Of a stretch of 64,000 nt of DNA, positions 25,763-37,824 are shown one piece after another. Position numbers and translations under genes: made by a program. The stretch is from assembly GCF_036365525.1 (NCBI RefSeq), contig NC_090378.1:54324280-54388279 (forward strand), read 5' to 3'. This stretch comes from Heterodontus francisci. Its lineage: Eukaryota. How positions within the stretch are numbered: position 1 is the stretch's first letter; each line of letters begins with the position of its first letter. The notes beneath the pieces were generated by a model. It was not told the DNA's origin. It saw only the letters and a list, made by a program, of their open reading frames with translations, and did not search any database.

Positions 25763-26394
25763 ATATCATTCGAAAGTTACGTTAAACTATTTTGTATATA
25801 AGTGTTCCATGTCTAAATGTAAAAGTGCATCATACATCTGTTATTTAAGCTAGATTTTTTACATTGTATGCAGTATTTCATTTTAAATAGAACAAAAAAG
25901 AGTATCATATATAAGATTTGAAATGTTGCAGCAGAGAAGCAAAGAAAGAAGCTAAGAATTAAAGATAGAGGAATAAATACTAATGTCATTTGCAAACTGG
26001 AAAGCTGTTTTATTTTGCAGCTAAAAAGTAACTCTTGTTGGCTCAGTGGTAAGGGGAATTTTCCAGCTCTATGTTGAACACTATATTTGATAGATTTCAA
26101 TTTCAAGGCAACTTAAGTTTACAATCAGTGTACCTTGGCACCTTGGCACAGCTAAAATATTTTAAATCTCTTGCTGCATGACTTTTCTTTGAAGGACAGA
26201 TTCCCATGGGTCTGAATGGTCTCCTCGTAGTGAATTTTAATCCAAAGCAAGGTCAATTCTTGTCTGAAAAAAGTGCAACAACTTTCTAGATTTGTCAACA
26301 ATCTCAGGAAAGATCTGATATCAGAAATGTGTACAGTGATAAGAGCCCATTTTTACAATATTTTGAAAATATCACATTTTTCTGTTCCTTCTAG

Positions 26395-26509
26395 GTTTTA
26401 TTGATTTTCTTGTCAGTCAGCACTCAGTTGCCAAGGCTCTACGGGATGTTCTGGTGTTTAAAATAGTACCTATGCTCAATCCTGATGGAGTATTTTTAGG
26501 TAACTATAG
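26395..26509 (+). CDS. AGBL4: Internal coding exon of cytosolic carboxypeptidase 6 (ATP/GTP-binding protein-like 4), M14 catalytic domain
   Basis: Acceptor ttttctgttccttctAG and donor AG|GTGAGT. 115 bp, phase 1 to phase 2. Encodes (G)FIDFLVSQHSVAKALRDVLVFKIVPMLNPDGVFLGNY(R). Has the CCP motif FKIxPMLNPDGV and the IDFLVSQH / LGNYR residues I recall for AGBL4. Confidence 0.9.
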
Positions 26510-26854
26510 GTGAGTAAACTCATTAAATTGGATATTTTAAACATAACACTTCTCATTTTAACATATTTCTGATAAGTTTCTGTGTTTGAAGTTGAAAAAA
26601 TATGTATATTTTAGGGAACATTCACATTCCTATTTGTGCAAAGCTGAAACTACTCCACATTGGCCCTCATCTTGGAGTGTAAATCAGCTACCAAGGACCA
26701 AAGTGACTCTGAAGAGAAGTAGAGCGATACTATTTCCTTCAGGCAGTCTCATTCAGCTTGTTTCAGGTGTCAGGTCAAACTCTGACTCCAGGGCTGCATT
26801 TACTCTGTGATGCTAATGTTAGTGCAAAGGCAAACTAATTTGCAGTGACACAGT

Positions 26855-27218
26855 GGGCGGTACAGTGGTGCAATGGTTAGCACCGCAGCCTCACAGCTCC
26901 AGCGACCCGGGTTCAATTCTGGGTACTGCCTGTATGGAGTTTGCAAGTTCTCCCTGTGTCTGCGTGGGTTTCCTCCGGGTGCTCCGGTTTCCTCCCACAT
27001 GCCAAAGACTTGCTGGTTGATAGGTTAATTGGCCATTATAAATTGCCCCTAGTATAGGTAGGTGGTAGGGAAATATAGGGACAGGTGGGGATGTGGTAGG
27101 AATATGGAATTACTGTAGGATTAGTACAAATGGGTGGTTGATGGTTGGCACAGACTCGGTGGGCTGAAGGGCCTGTTTCAGTGCTGTATCTCTAAAACTA
27201 AAAAACTAAAACTAAAAT
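26855..27218 (+). mobile_element. HE1-like SINE
   Basis: tRNA-like head, conserved core, CR1-like tail and (AAACTA)n end. Confidence 0.92.
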
Positions 27219-27354
27219 AGGTGTGGTGTGAATGAACCCTAGATGTATGGCTTTCACTTTTAACCCTTCAAATACTTATTTCGAAATCATTAATCACAAA
27301 TGTACTGTTAAAAAGTAATCCAATACTAAAAGCAACATAAAACAACTTCTGAAT

Positions 27355-27470
27355 GGTTAATAAAAACAGGAAATGCTGGAAATATTCACCAGATCAAGCA
27401 GCGTCTGTGGAGAGCGAAACAGAGTTAACGTTTTATGTTGATGATCTTTTTGTCAGTTCTGGATGAGCAA
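27355..27470 (-). repeat. PLE-derived short repeat with degenerate hammerhead
   Basis: AAATGCTGGAAATATTCACCAG...GAAACAGAGTTAACGTTT matches the arms of 52826-53057. The HHR core is mutated. Confidence 0.65.
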
Positions 27471-28138
27471 GAACTGACAGCTTTAAATATTCAGCTGCAT
27501 CATATCCTTCTTGGTTTTGAATAGCATTTATTATAAAATTAATATCGTAGCTATATGATTTTATCTTGCTTTGTTTCTGCTCAATCTTTCATGCATGAGA
27601 AGCCCATATTCAGTGACTAACATTACAAATAATTTTCAAGAATAGTTTAGTGTCTGGATTGGTTTGCCATTAGCTACTGTTGACAAGGTTGCATTTGATT
27701 GTAGCCTGCAGTTGACTGGTCATGAGATTAGCCTATGACTGGTGGATATTTCTCATTGTTCGTCATAATTGTTAGCAGGTATCTTGAATTCCATGTCATT
27801 GACACAAATGATCAGGTAATGCCACAGCCATTTGTTGGGTTTAAATCTGGAGACTGACCAGACAGTTTAAGTACACTGATGTATCAGTTCTTTTGGATCT
27901 TCTCCACCAGCAGTACGGTATGCTTGATGTCAGTGTCATGTTATAATATGAAATTGTTCCCCAAAGAGGATTGTGTGGTTCTGGTAAATGTGCTAGCGTT
28001 TGTCTGTAAAGTGGATAAATGAACATATGGGGGCTTGATGGTAATAAATACTGGGTACAATCACAAGGCCATAAAGAAAAAGAAGGTTCATTTTGAATTT
28101 AATGCTGTACCCGAATTCAATGAATCTTTGCACATCTT

Positions 28139-28801
28139 GGGCTGAATTTTGTGCCCGTGGTGGGGGTCTCAACATTGGACCAGAAAGCCAAGGGCTTTTT
28201 TCAGCACTCAAGCAATTAACGGCCTGGTATCGAGGCTCCCGTCCCTTTAAAAGACAGGAGCCTGCCTCCAAGAGTGCCAGACAATCAGCTCTTCAGTCTC
28301 AGCGGCACCACCGGGAGTGGTGGCCATTGCCAGGACTGTAGCAGGCCCGGACCAACCAGCATGGAGGAGGTCCCAGAATCAAGATAAGCTTATGAGGCTT
28401 CCGGCATCAGTTAGGCAGGCCCCAGCGGTGGTGGGGGCGGGTATGGGAGAGGGCGTTGGTTGTGAGGGAAAGGGGGGTTCTTCCCGAGGGGACAGCCCTT
28501 GCCACTGGAGGGTGCCCGAACAGGACGGCTCCCCCCGAGCCTGCAGGGATGCTGCCCCATATGGTGAAGGACTGCCCCACTGCTGGTAAAATACCAGCGG
28601 CAGCAGGAAGAGGCCCTTAAGTGACCCTTATACAGTCACTTAAGGGTCTCACTTGGCCTCTGGTGGGAAGGTCATCCTTGACCTTGCCCACTCTTGGTAA
28701 AATTCCATGGCATCGGGAAGGTGACAGACTCTCTAACCCTGCCTTCCTTTGCCATTTTATGCCTACCAGCCCATCCCTAGAGCACTGGTAAAATCCAACC
28801 C
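28139..28801. mobile_element. Harbinger-type MITE
   Basis: TIRs GGGCTGAATTTT / AAAATCCAACCC. TSD approximately CTT. Internal similarity to 5857-6630 and 62959-63659. Confidence 0.8.
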
Positions 28802-29113
28802 CCTTCTCTTATCAACTTAACTGTTAGAGTTTGTAGCATTTAGATACAACTTCCACTGATTACCAGACTTCCCAGACACACCTCATGCAGCTTTTGTCTC
28901 ACAGCCTGGACATTGATCTTAGTTATCCTAAGTACGAGTATATAGTCATGTGACTACAAGCCATAGTCACTCTGCAACTGTAACACCCAGATGAAGGTTC
29001 TGTAAATGGTTGGCTCTGTACTGTATTTAATAGTTTAGCTGTTAATAAATCTGATTGAGATCTTCATCAAACTGGACTCCACGCATCTCATTTATGGTGC
29101 ATTAGACAACATA

Positions 29114-30587
29114 GCAAATTAGGCATAGTGTGGCTTTCGAGCAGAGATATCCACCATTGACATGCCGTTCTCCCTTCGCCAGGTACAGGAGAAATTCCAT
29201 AAACAACAGATACCCCTCTACGTTGCTTTCATAGATCTCACAAAAGCCTTTGAACTCGTCAGCAGACGTGGTCTCTTCAGACGACTGGCAAAGATCGGAT
29301 GTCCACCGAAGCTACTAAGTATCATCACCTCATTCCATGACAATATGAAAGGCACAATTCAGCATAGTGGTGCCTCATCAGACCCCTTTCCAATCCTGAG
29401 TTGCGTGAAACAGGGCTGTGTTCTCGCACCTACACTGTTTGGGATCTTCTTCTCCCTGCTGCTCTCACATACATTCAAGTCTTCAGAAGAAGGAATTTTC
29501 CTCCACAGAAGATCAGATGGCAAGTTGTTCAACCTTGCCCGTCTAAGAGCGAAGACCAAAGTACGGAAGGTCCTCATCAGGGAACTCCTGTTTGCTGACG
29601 ATGCTGCATTAACATCCCACACAGAAGGGTGTCTGCAGAGACTCATCGACAGGATTGCAGCTGCCTGCAATGAATTTGGCCTAACCATCAGCCTCAAGAA
29701 AACGAACATCATGGGACAGGATGTCAGAAATGCTCCATCCATCAATATCGGCGACCACGCTCTGGAAGTGGTTCAAGAGTTCACCTACCTAGGCTCAACT
29801 ATCACCAGTAACCTGTCTCTCGATGCAGAAATCAACAAGCCCATGGGAAAGGCGTCCGCTGCTATGTCCAGACTGGCCAAGAGAGTCTGGGAAAATGGTG
29901 CACTGGCACAGAACACAAAAGTCCGTGTGTATCAAGCCTGTGTCGTCAGTACCTTGCTCTATGGCAGCGATGCCTGGACAATGTATGTCAGCCAAGAGTG
30001 ACGTCTCAATTCATTCCATCTTCGCTGCCTCCGGAGAATCCTTGGCATCAGGTGTCAGGACCGTATCTCCAACACAGAAGTCCTCGAGCGGCCAATATCC
30101 CCACAATATACAACCTACTGAGCCAGCGGCGCTTGAGATGGCTTGGCCATGTGAGCCGCATGGAAGATGGCTGGATCCCCAAGGACACATTGTACAGCGA
30201 GCTTGTCACTGGTATCAGACCCACCGGCCGTCCATGTCTCCGCTTTAAAGACATCTGCAAATGTGACATGAAGTCCTGTGACATTGATCACAAGTCGTGG
30301 GAGTCAGTTGCCAGTGATCGCCAGAGCTGGCGGACAGCCATAAAGGCGGGGCTAAAGAGTGGCGAGTCAAAGAGACTTAGCTGTTGGCAGGAAAAAAGCC
30401 AGAAGTGCAAGGGGAGAGCCAACTGTGTAACAGCCCTGACAACCAATTTTATCTGCAGCATCTGTGGAAGAGTCTGTGCACTCTAGAATTGGCCTTTATA
30501 GCCACTCCAGGCGTTGCTTCACAAACCACTGACCACCTCTCGGCGCTTACCCATTGTCTCTTGAGACAAGGAGGCCAAAGAAGAAGA
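29114..30587 (+). mobile_element. RTE-clade LINE, 5'-truncated, inserted in the Gypsy 5' LTR
   Basis: 279-aa ORF with FIDLTKAF, VKQGCVLAPTLF and LLFADDAAL. C-terminal zinc finger and (GAA)n tail. 10-bp TSD AGACAACATA (29104-29113 and 30588-30597). Confidence 0.93.
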
Positions 30588-33500
30588 AGACAACATAAAG
30601 AACTCATTACATGGTGGCTGCTGTGGTGAAAAGACAAAGTCTAAGTTGAAGACCATGGGTAAAACAGCTGTTAAAACAACCCATCCTACAGCCAAAAGAG
30701 AGAAAATTCCACAGAAATACTGGCCCAAATAGTGGAAAGAAAAAAGAACTTACCTCCAGCTGTAGAAGACCGAGCTCAGAACGACAGGCTGCCAATAAAT
30801 TCCTGTGATCAGGTGAGTCATTGTACTGATGGTTGAGGAATCCCCGTTTTTAATAAAAGCTTTGCAGTGCTTAAAAAGTTGTATTTTTTTTCAAAGGCTC
30901 CATTAAAACAAAAAAGGGGAAGACCCTATTTCTCTCCCAGGCTGATTGAGGTTGGTGCCATTACAGGAGGAGTCCGATAGCAAAAAGCACGGGAATCCTC
31001 TGAACACTGCAGTCTCCACTCACACAGCCAAAGTTTTTAAAAAATTAAATCACTCAAGCATGAAGAAGAGTCTCTATTCACACAGCCACAGCTTAAAAAA
31101 ATTAAACCACTCAAGCATGACGAACATAAACAAACTCTGGCAAAAAAAAAGCAATTGAACTGCCTATTGAGCAGCTGTGTAAACAGACAAGTTTAAGTGC
31201 CGGAAGCAAAATTAACACAGAACACTATCAAACACCTGCTGCTCTCCATCCAAGCAGCTAGTCTAAATAGCAGAGAATTTCTGAAAAGGGAAACCGCACA
31301 GAGTGAATAGAACAAAGTTAAATAAAGAGCAGAAAGCAAAAGAACAGCGGAAAAAATGGATATCAAATTTCCCAGCATAAACTGGAAGGCCATTTTTATC
31401 CTATCCGAGTTCCAACCTTTTAAACAAAGAATGCCGTTATGCTTCACAGACCAAGCGGTTGTAGAACCAGAGAAGCAGGCTGTGAAAATACTGATAGCAG
31501 TTGGAAATGGGAGGTTACACATAATCAATACCTCTGGCTTATCTGAAGAGAACCAGAAAGATACTGCAAAGATATGGAAAGTAGTAGGAGACAAACTCCG
31601 ATTAAGAGTGAATTTTAGAATTCACCACCTGGAATTGATGTCCTACAGGCAACAGCGACAGGAATCAATATATCAGTTCATCAGTAAGGGCAATGAATGT
31701 GAATTTTCAGAAAATGAGCTGGCGGTGTGACTAATGGAGCTGGTGATTGTCTCAACACTCATTGAATCATTTCAGAAAGACCATGTGGAAAAGAGAAATG
31801 TCACAACATTGATGTGCTGCTAGAAGATGGCAGGAAATACGAAGCCATTGTAGCCGGACAACAACATCTGCAAGCACTAGGTGCAGCCAACAGTTTTGGC
31901 ACGACAGCCAGGTCAAAAAGAGAAAGCAAGCTCTGTGGTAAGTGTGGTTAGTCCCACTCACGGCAAAGATGTCCTGCATTTCAAGACCTGTGCAAGACGT
32001 GTGGTGCAAAAGGACACTGGGCCCACTTGTGCGAGAAATCTGGCTCTAAAGACGCAGCCAGAAGTCACAGTAGAACACAAGCAAACAGAAGACAGGCACT
32101 GCAACAGAAAACAGCAGGAAGGAGACCTCCGTAAACGCAAGCCGATACACGTAGTCCACAGTGAAACAGACCTGAGACAAAATTCAGAGAGAAGTGATTA
32201 TCAGCCAGAAGATGAGCAGGCATTTCACATTGTGAACTTGACACATTGTGTTGATGAAGCCAAACGACTGGAAGCTTTTGGTATTATTAACATCATGTGC
32301 CGAAAGAAAGTGGGAAAACAGACACTGAGGGTTAAGATTGACACCGGAGCTAGTGCAAGTATCCAACTAGTCCGAATCCTTAAGGATATGTACTGGGGAA
32401 ATTAATGATACAACCAACAACTGCAAAGTTATCTGCATGCAATGGGTCATCCATCTCATGCAGTGGCATACTAAGAATGCAATGCAGCTATGGCAAGTTA
32501 GCATTGAAACCACAAATATTTTACCTTGTAGACACAAACGGACCAACAGTGGCAGGACTACCAGTGTGTAAGGACCTCAACATCGTGACTATCTACGAGG
32601 TCACCAAGGTACCCATTACAGCAGAAGAGACCAAGGGTACCCACATTGAGTCAGTCCACGACCTGCAACAAAGGTACCCAGACAGATTTAACACCAAAGG
32701 AGATTTCAAAGGCAATGCCGTTCTGCACCTCAGAGAGAATGCAATTCTGTCAATCAACTCTCAAGTTCACAGGAGCCAAATTCTTCTCCAAGTTGAATGC
32801 TAAACATGGATATTGGTCGGTACACCTAGCTAAGGAATCCCAGCAAGTCACCACCTTCAGAACACCATTTGTAAAATACTGCTTCCAAAGACTACCCTTC
32901 GGCTTATCTGTCAGTCAAGATTTGTTTCAGCAACATATGGACAGAATTATAGAAAACGTGCCTGGATGTATATGCATTGCCGATGATATAATGGGTAAAA
33001 CCAAAGAAAAGCTTGATGGACATCTTCATTCACTGATGGCAGTAGCTCATCGCGAAGGGCTAATTTTTAACAGCAAGAAGTACCAGGTGAATGTAAGTCA
33101 GATCAATTTCTTTGGCTCCATCTATTCAGGTTGCAGAATCCTTCCTGGCCCAGACAAAGTCAAAGATGTAAGGCATATGCCTACCCCACAAGACAAGGAA
33201 GATCTACAGAGATGTCTTGGATTTTTCAACTTCCTGGCACCATACATTCCAATTTTTTCTGACAAAGCACCATCACTGAGCGAGCTCTTAAAGAAAGTCG
33301 TACCATTTGTATGGCAGGATGACCATCAGCAAATGTTTGAGTCTCTCAAACAAGCATCTTCAGCAGTACCCTGCAGTACACAATCCAAGGAAGAAGGTTG
33401 ACACCTCACAGAAAGGGCAAGGAGCGTGCATCCTGCAGGATGGCAAACCAATTGCATTTGGGTCCAAATGTTTATCTTCAGCACAATCCAATTGCTCAAA

Positions 33501-35233
33501 CATAGAGCGTGAAACACTTGCTGTGGTGTTTGGGATCACCAGGTTCCACACCTACCTGTTCGGTAAGCAGATCACTGTGAAAACCGACCACAAACCACTG
33601 GAGATGATCTGGTGCAAATCATTGACAAGCGCACCACCTCGACTACAGCGACTCTTAGTGAAAGTACAAGGGTATGACTTCGGCGTCTGCTATAAACCGG
33701 GTACCAAAATGGTCATCTCAGATACGCTGAGCAGATTGCCACACCCGAGCAAGAATAAAGAAGTTCCACTGGATCTGCAAATAGACAGCCTGGACATCGA
33801 GGTGGAAGATGTGCTCAAAATCAATTTATTGCATTTTGGTCAGCACAAATGTGACCAACTACAATCAGAAACAGCCAATGACCCACAACTGAAGACACTG
33901 CGGAGGGTCATCCTAGAAGGTTCACCTGATATGGTAAAAGAGATATCAGAAACCCTCAGATACTTTTGCCCTGATAGAGATGAACTCGGTATCTTGAGAG
34001 GCATCATTTTCAAGGGAAAACAAGTGATTGTGCCCAAAGGTCTCCGATAGGACATCTTGGCACAACTTCACCAAGGCCATATGGGCTTAGATCGAACAAG
34101 TCGACTGGCACGAGACACTGTTTTATTGGCCAGGGATCAACAGTGACATCGAAAGGTCGATGAGGATGTGCGAGATATGCCAGAGCCACCAGCCACAACA
34201 ATGCAAACAACCTCTACACCCTCCCTTAGTCCAAAATCGCCACTGATCTATTTACTGTGAATGGAGACGACTTTATCTTAGTCACCGATTATTTTTCCAA
34301 ATTTCCAATTGTCAGACAGATAAAAGACACTTCAGACACATTAAGTGCCATATTCAGTCTATTCGGTGCACCTGAAGAAATCATTTCTGACAATGGGCCA
34401 CAGTATACGGGCAAACCTTTCAGGGATATGTGTTTCAAATGGGGCGTAAACCATGTGACGTCCTCACCACATTACCTTAGACCTAATGGTCTTGCTGAGC
34501 AAATGGTTTGCACAGTCAAATCACCTTGTCCTGAAGTGTAGGACAACAAAACAAGATTTTCGTGTTGCCATGCTCCACCTTAGAGCTACACCTTTGGAAA
34601 AGGGCTTACAGTCGCCAGCAGAAATCATGTTTCGCAGACAAGTGCAAAGGACTCTACCAAGCCATCATCTGTCCAAATTCTTCGAGATGCAGGAGACACT
34701 ACTCAAAAAACAAGGGAGAATGAAGATTGTGCATGCAGGGATGGAACGACCTCAGCTACACGTAGGACAACAGGTCAAGGCCATACACCCCACAATGAGA
34801 GCATGGTTACCCACAGAAGTATTTAAAGTATGCAGGGAGCCTAGGCCTTACAAGATTGCAACATCTAAAGGAGCAGTGTTGAGAAGGAACTGAAGCGAAC
34901 TAAGAGAAGTGTGCAACACTCCAGTCACACACAGCAGACTCGAAAGAGCACACTCCGACGATGAGGGTGTGATGTAACAACAGGACAACAACCAACACAT
35001 TGACAACATGCCTGCAAACTAAAAACAGCCAAGAGTGAAATCCACATCCCCAGAGGGATATGCCATAACCAGATCTGGAACAGTTGTCAAACCACCAAAA
35101 CAAGACATGGACTCTCAAGCTTCCATACTATTAAACTTTATAATCTATATCCCGTATAACTAATTTTGATATCTAATTTTATGTGTTTTTTACCTGTAGC
35201 ATATGAGACATATCTTTGAAAGAAAGGCGATGT

Positions 35234-37297
35234 TTTTTTTAAATTCATTCATGGGATGTGGGCATCGCTGGCCAGACCAGCATTTATTGCCCATCCCTAA
35301 TTGCCCTTGAGAAGGTGGTGGTGAGCTGCCTTCTTGAACTGCTGCAGTCCATATAGGATAGGTACACCCACAGTGCTGTTCGGAAGAGAGTTCCAGGATA
35401 TTGACCCAGCGACAGTGAAGGAACGGCGATATAGTTCCAAGTCAGGATGGTGTGTGACCTGGAGGGGAACGTGCAGGTGGTGGTGTTCCCATGCATTTGC
35501 TGCCCTTGTCCTTCTAGTTGGTAGAGGTCGCGGGTTTGGAAGGTGCTGTTTAAGGAGCCTTGGTGCGTTGCTGCAGTGCATCTTGTAGATGGTACACACT
35601 GCTGCCATTGTGCGTCGGTGGTGGAGGGAGTGAATGTTTGTTGATGGGGTGCCAATCAAGCAGGCTGCTTTGTCCTGGATGGTGTCGAGCTTCTTGAGTG
35701 TTGTTGGAGCTGCTCCCATCCAGGCAAGTGGAGAGTATTCCATCACACTCCTGACTTGTGCCTTGTAGATGGTGGACAGGCTTTGGGGAGTCAGGAGGTG
35801 AGTTACTCGCCGCAGGATTCCTAGCCTCTGACCTGCTCTTGTAGCCACGGTATTTATGTGGCTACTCCAGTTCAGTTTCTGGTCAATAGTAGCCCCTAGG
35901 ATGTTGATAGTGGAGGATTCAGCAATGGTAATGCCATTGAATGTCAAGGGGAGATGGTTAGATTCTCTCTTGTTGGAGATGGTCATTGCCTGGCATTTGT
36001 GTGGCGCAAATGTTACTTGCCACTTATCAGCCCAAGTCTGGATATTGTCCAAATCTTTCTGCCTTTCGACATGGACTGCTTCAGTATCTGAGGAGTCACT
36101 AATGGTGCTGAACATTGTGCAATCATCAGCGAACATCCCCACTTCTGACCTTATGATTGAAGGAAGGTCATTGATGAAGCAGCTGAAGGTGGTTGGGCCT
36201 AGGACACTACCCTGAGGAACTCCTGCAGTGATGCCCTGGAGCTCAGATGATTGACCCCCAACAACCACAACCATCTTCCTTTGTGCTAGGTATGACTCCA
36301 ACCAGCGAAGGGTTTTCCCCATGATTCCCATTGACCTCAGTTTTGCTAGGGCTCCTTGATGCCATACTCGGTCAAATGCTGCCTTGATGTCAAGAGCAGT
36401 TACTCTCACCTTACCTAGAGTTCAGCTGTCTTGTCCATGTTTGAACCAAGGCTGTAATGAGGTCAGGAGCTGAGTGGCCCTGGCGGAACCCAAACTGAGA
36501 GTCACTGAGCAGGTTATTGCTAAGCAAGTGCCGCTTGATGGCACTGTTGATGACATCTTCCTTCACTTTACTGATGATTGAGAGTAGGCTGATGGGGCGG
36601 CAATTGGCCGGGTTGGATTTGTCCTGCTTTTTGTGTACAGGACATACCTGGGCAATTTTCCACATTGCGGGGTAGATGCCAGTGTTATAGCTGTACTGGA
36701 ACAGCTTGGCTTGGGGCACGGCAAGTTCTGGAGCACAGGTCTTCAGTACTATTGCCGGAATATTGTCAGGGCCCATAGCCTTTGCAGTATCCAGTGCCTT
36801 CAGTCATTTCTTGATATCACGCAGAGTGAATCAAATTGGCTGAAGTCTGGCATCTGTGATGCTGGGGACTTCAGAAAGAGGCCGAGATAGATCATCTACT
36901 TGGCACTTCTGGCTGAAGATTGTTGCAAATACTTCATCCTTATCTTTTGCACTGATGTGCTGGGCTCTTCCATCATTGAGGATGGGGATATTTGTGGAGC
37001 CACCTGCTCCAGTTAGTTGTTTAATTGTCCACCACCATTCATGACTGGATATGGCAGGACTGCAGAGCTTAGATCTGATCCATTGGTTATGGGATCGCTT
37101 AGCTCTGTCTATCGCATGTTGATTACGCAGTTTGGCACGCAGATAGTCCTGTGTTGAAGCTTCACCAGGTTGACACATCATTTTGAGGTATGCCTGGTGC
37201 TACTCCTGGCTTGCTCTCCTGCACTCTTCATTGAACCAGGGTTGGTCTCCTGGCTTAATGGTAATGGTAGAGTGGGGGATATGCCGGGCCACGAGGT
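35234..37297 (-). mobile_element. CR1/L2-group LINE (family 2), 5'-truncated, inserted at the start of the Gypsy 3' LTR
   Basis: 370-aa open RT ORF (35297-36409) plus upstream GPDNIP...RPISLLS...QFGFRQGHS. Confidence 0.93.
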
Positions 37298-37824
37298 ATG
37301 ATTGCCTTTAAGAGTGATGTGCTTTTAAGATCTCAGTATGCCAATGAGTTAAGTACCAGTATATAGTCATGTGACTAAAAGCCATAGTCACTCTGCAACT
37401 GTAACACCCAGATGAAGGTTCTGTAAATAGTTTGCTCTGTACTGTATCTAATAGCTTAGCTGTTACTAAACCTGTTTGAGATCTTCAGCAAACTGGACTC
37501 CACACAGCTCATTTATGTTGCATCAGACAACATAAAGAACTCATTACAAACTACTTTCAGTTGCTCATTGATTTCTGCTGGCTGCACCTGAGTTAGTAGA
37601 AGTGTTTGGTAATATATACTGCTATTGAAAGTTGTAGAAGTCTACCCAGAGTGGTGTGGTATGTGGTGGAACCCTTGGTCTCACTGTAAGGATTCTGCTC
37701 AGACAATTGCTCCCAGACATGGGTGCAGTAGTTTCTATTCCCCTTGGCCTGCAACTTGGCAGGCAGAATTAACAGAGGCAACACAGAGGAGGACAAACTG
37801 CTCGAAGAGGGAGGTGGAGGTAGG

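Larger units (their letters stand above)
28928..37548 (+). mobile_element. Near full-length decayed Gypsy LTR retrotransposon, copy 2
   Basis: Two LTRs (~28928-30611 split by an RTE; 35231-37548 split by a LINE), both ending CATTACA. PBS TGGTGGCTGCTGTGG. gag, then protease KIDTGAS, RT (RLPFGL, CIADDI), RNase H (NCSNIERETLAVVFG) and integrase (ISDNGPQY), in Gypsy order. PPT GAAAGAAAGGCGA. Confidence 0.93.

Noticed and set aside
1-26394. Nested BEND5 gene, which lies in an AGBL4 intron in mammals
   Set aside because: No BEN-domain coding exons recognised in this window.
27420-27462. Hammerhead motif as a functional RNA
   Set aside because: Core mutated (CTGACAA; AAAA in place of GAAA). Kept only as a family member.
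31035-31130. Short direct repeat AAAATTAAA(T/C)CACTCAAGCATGA
   Set aside because: Only a two-unit local duplication in the Gypsy leader. Not a CRISPR-like or otherwise regular array.
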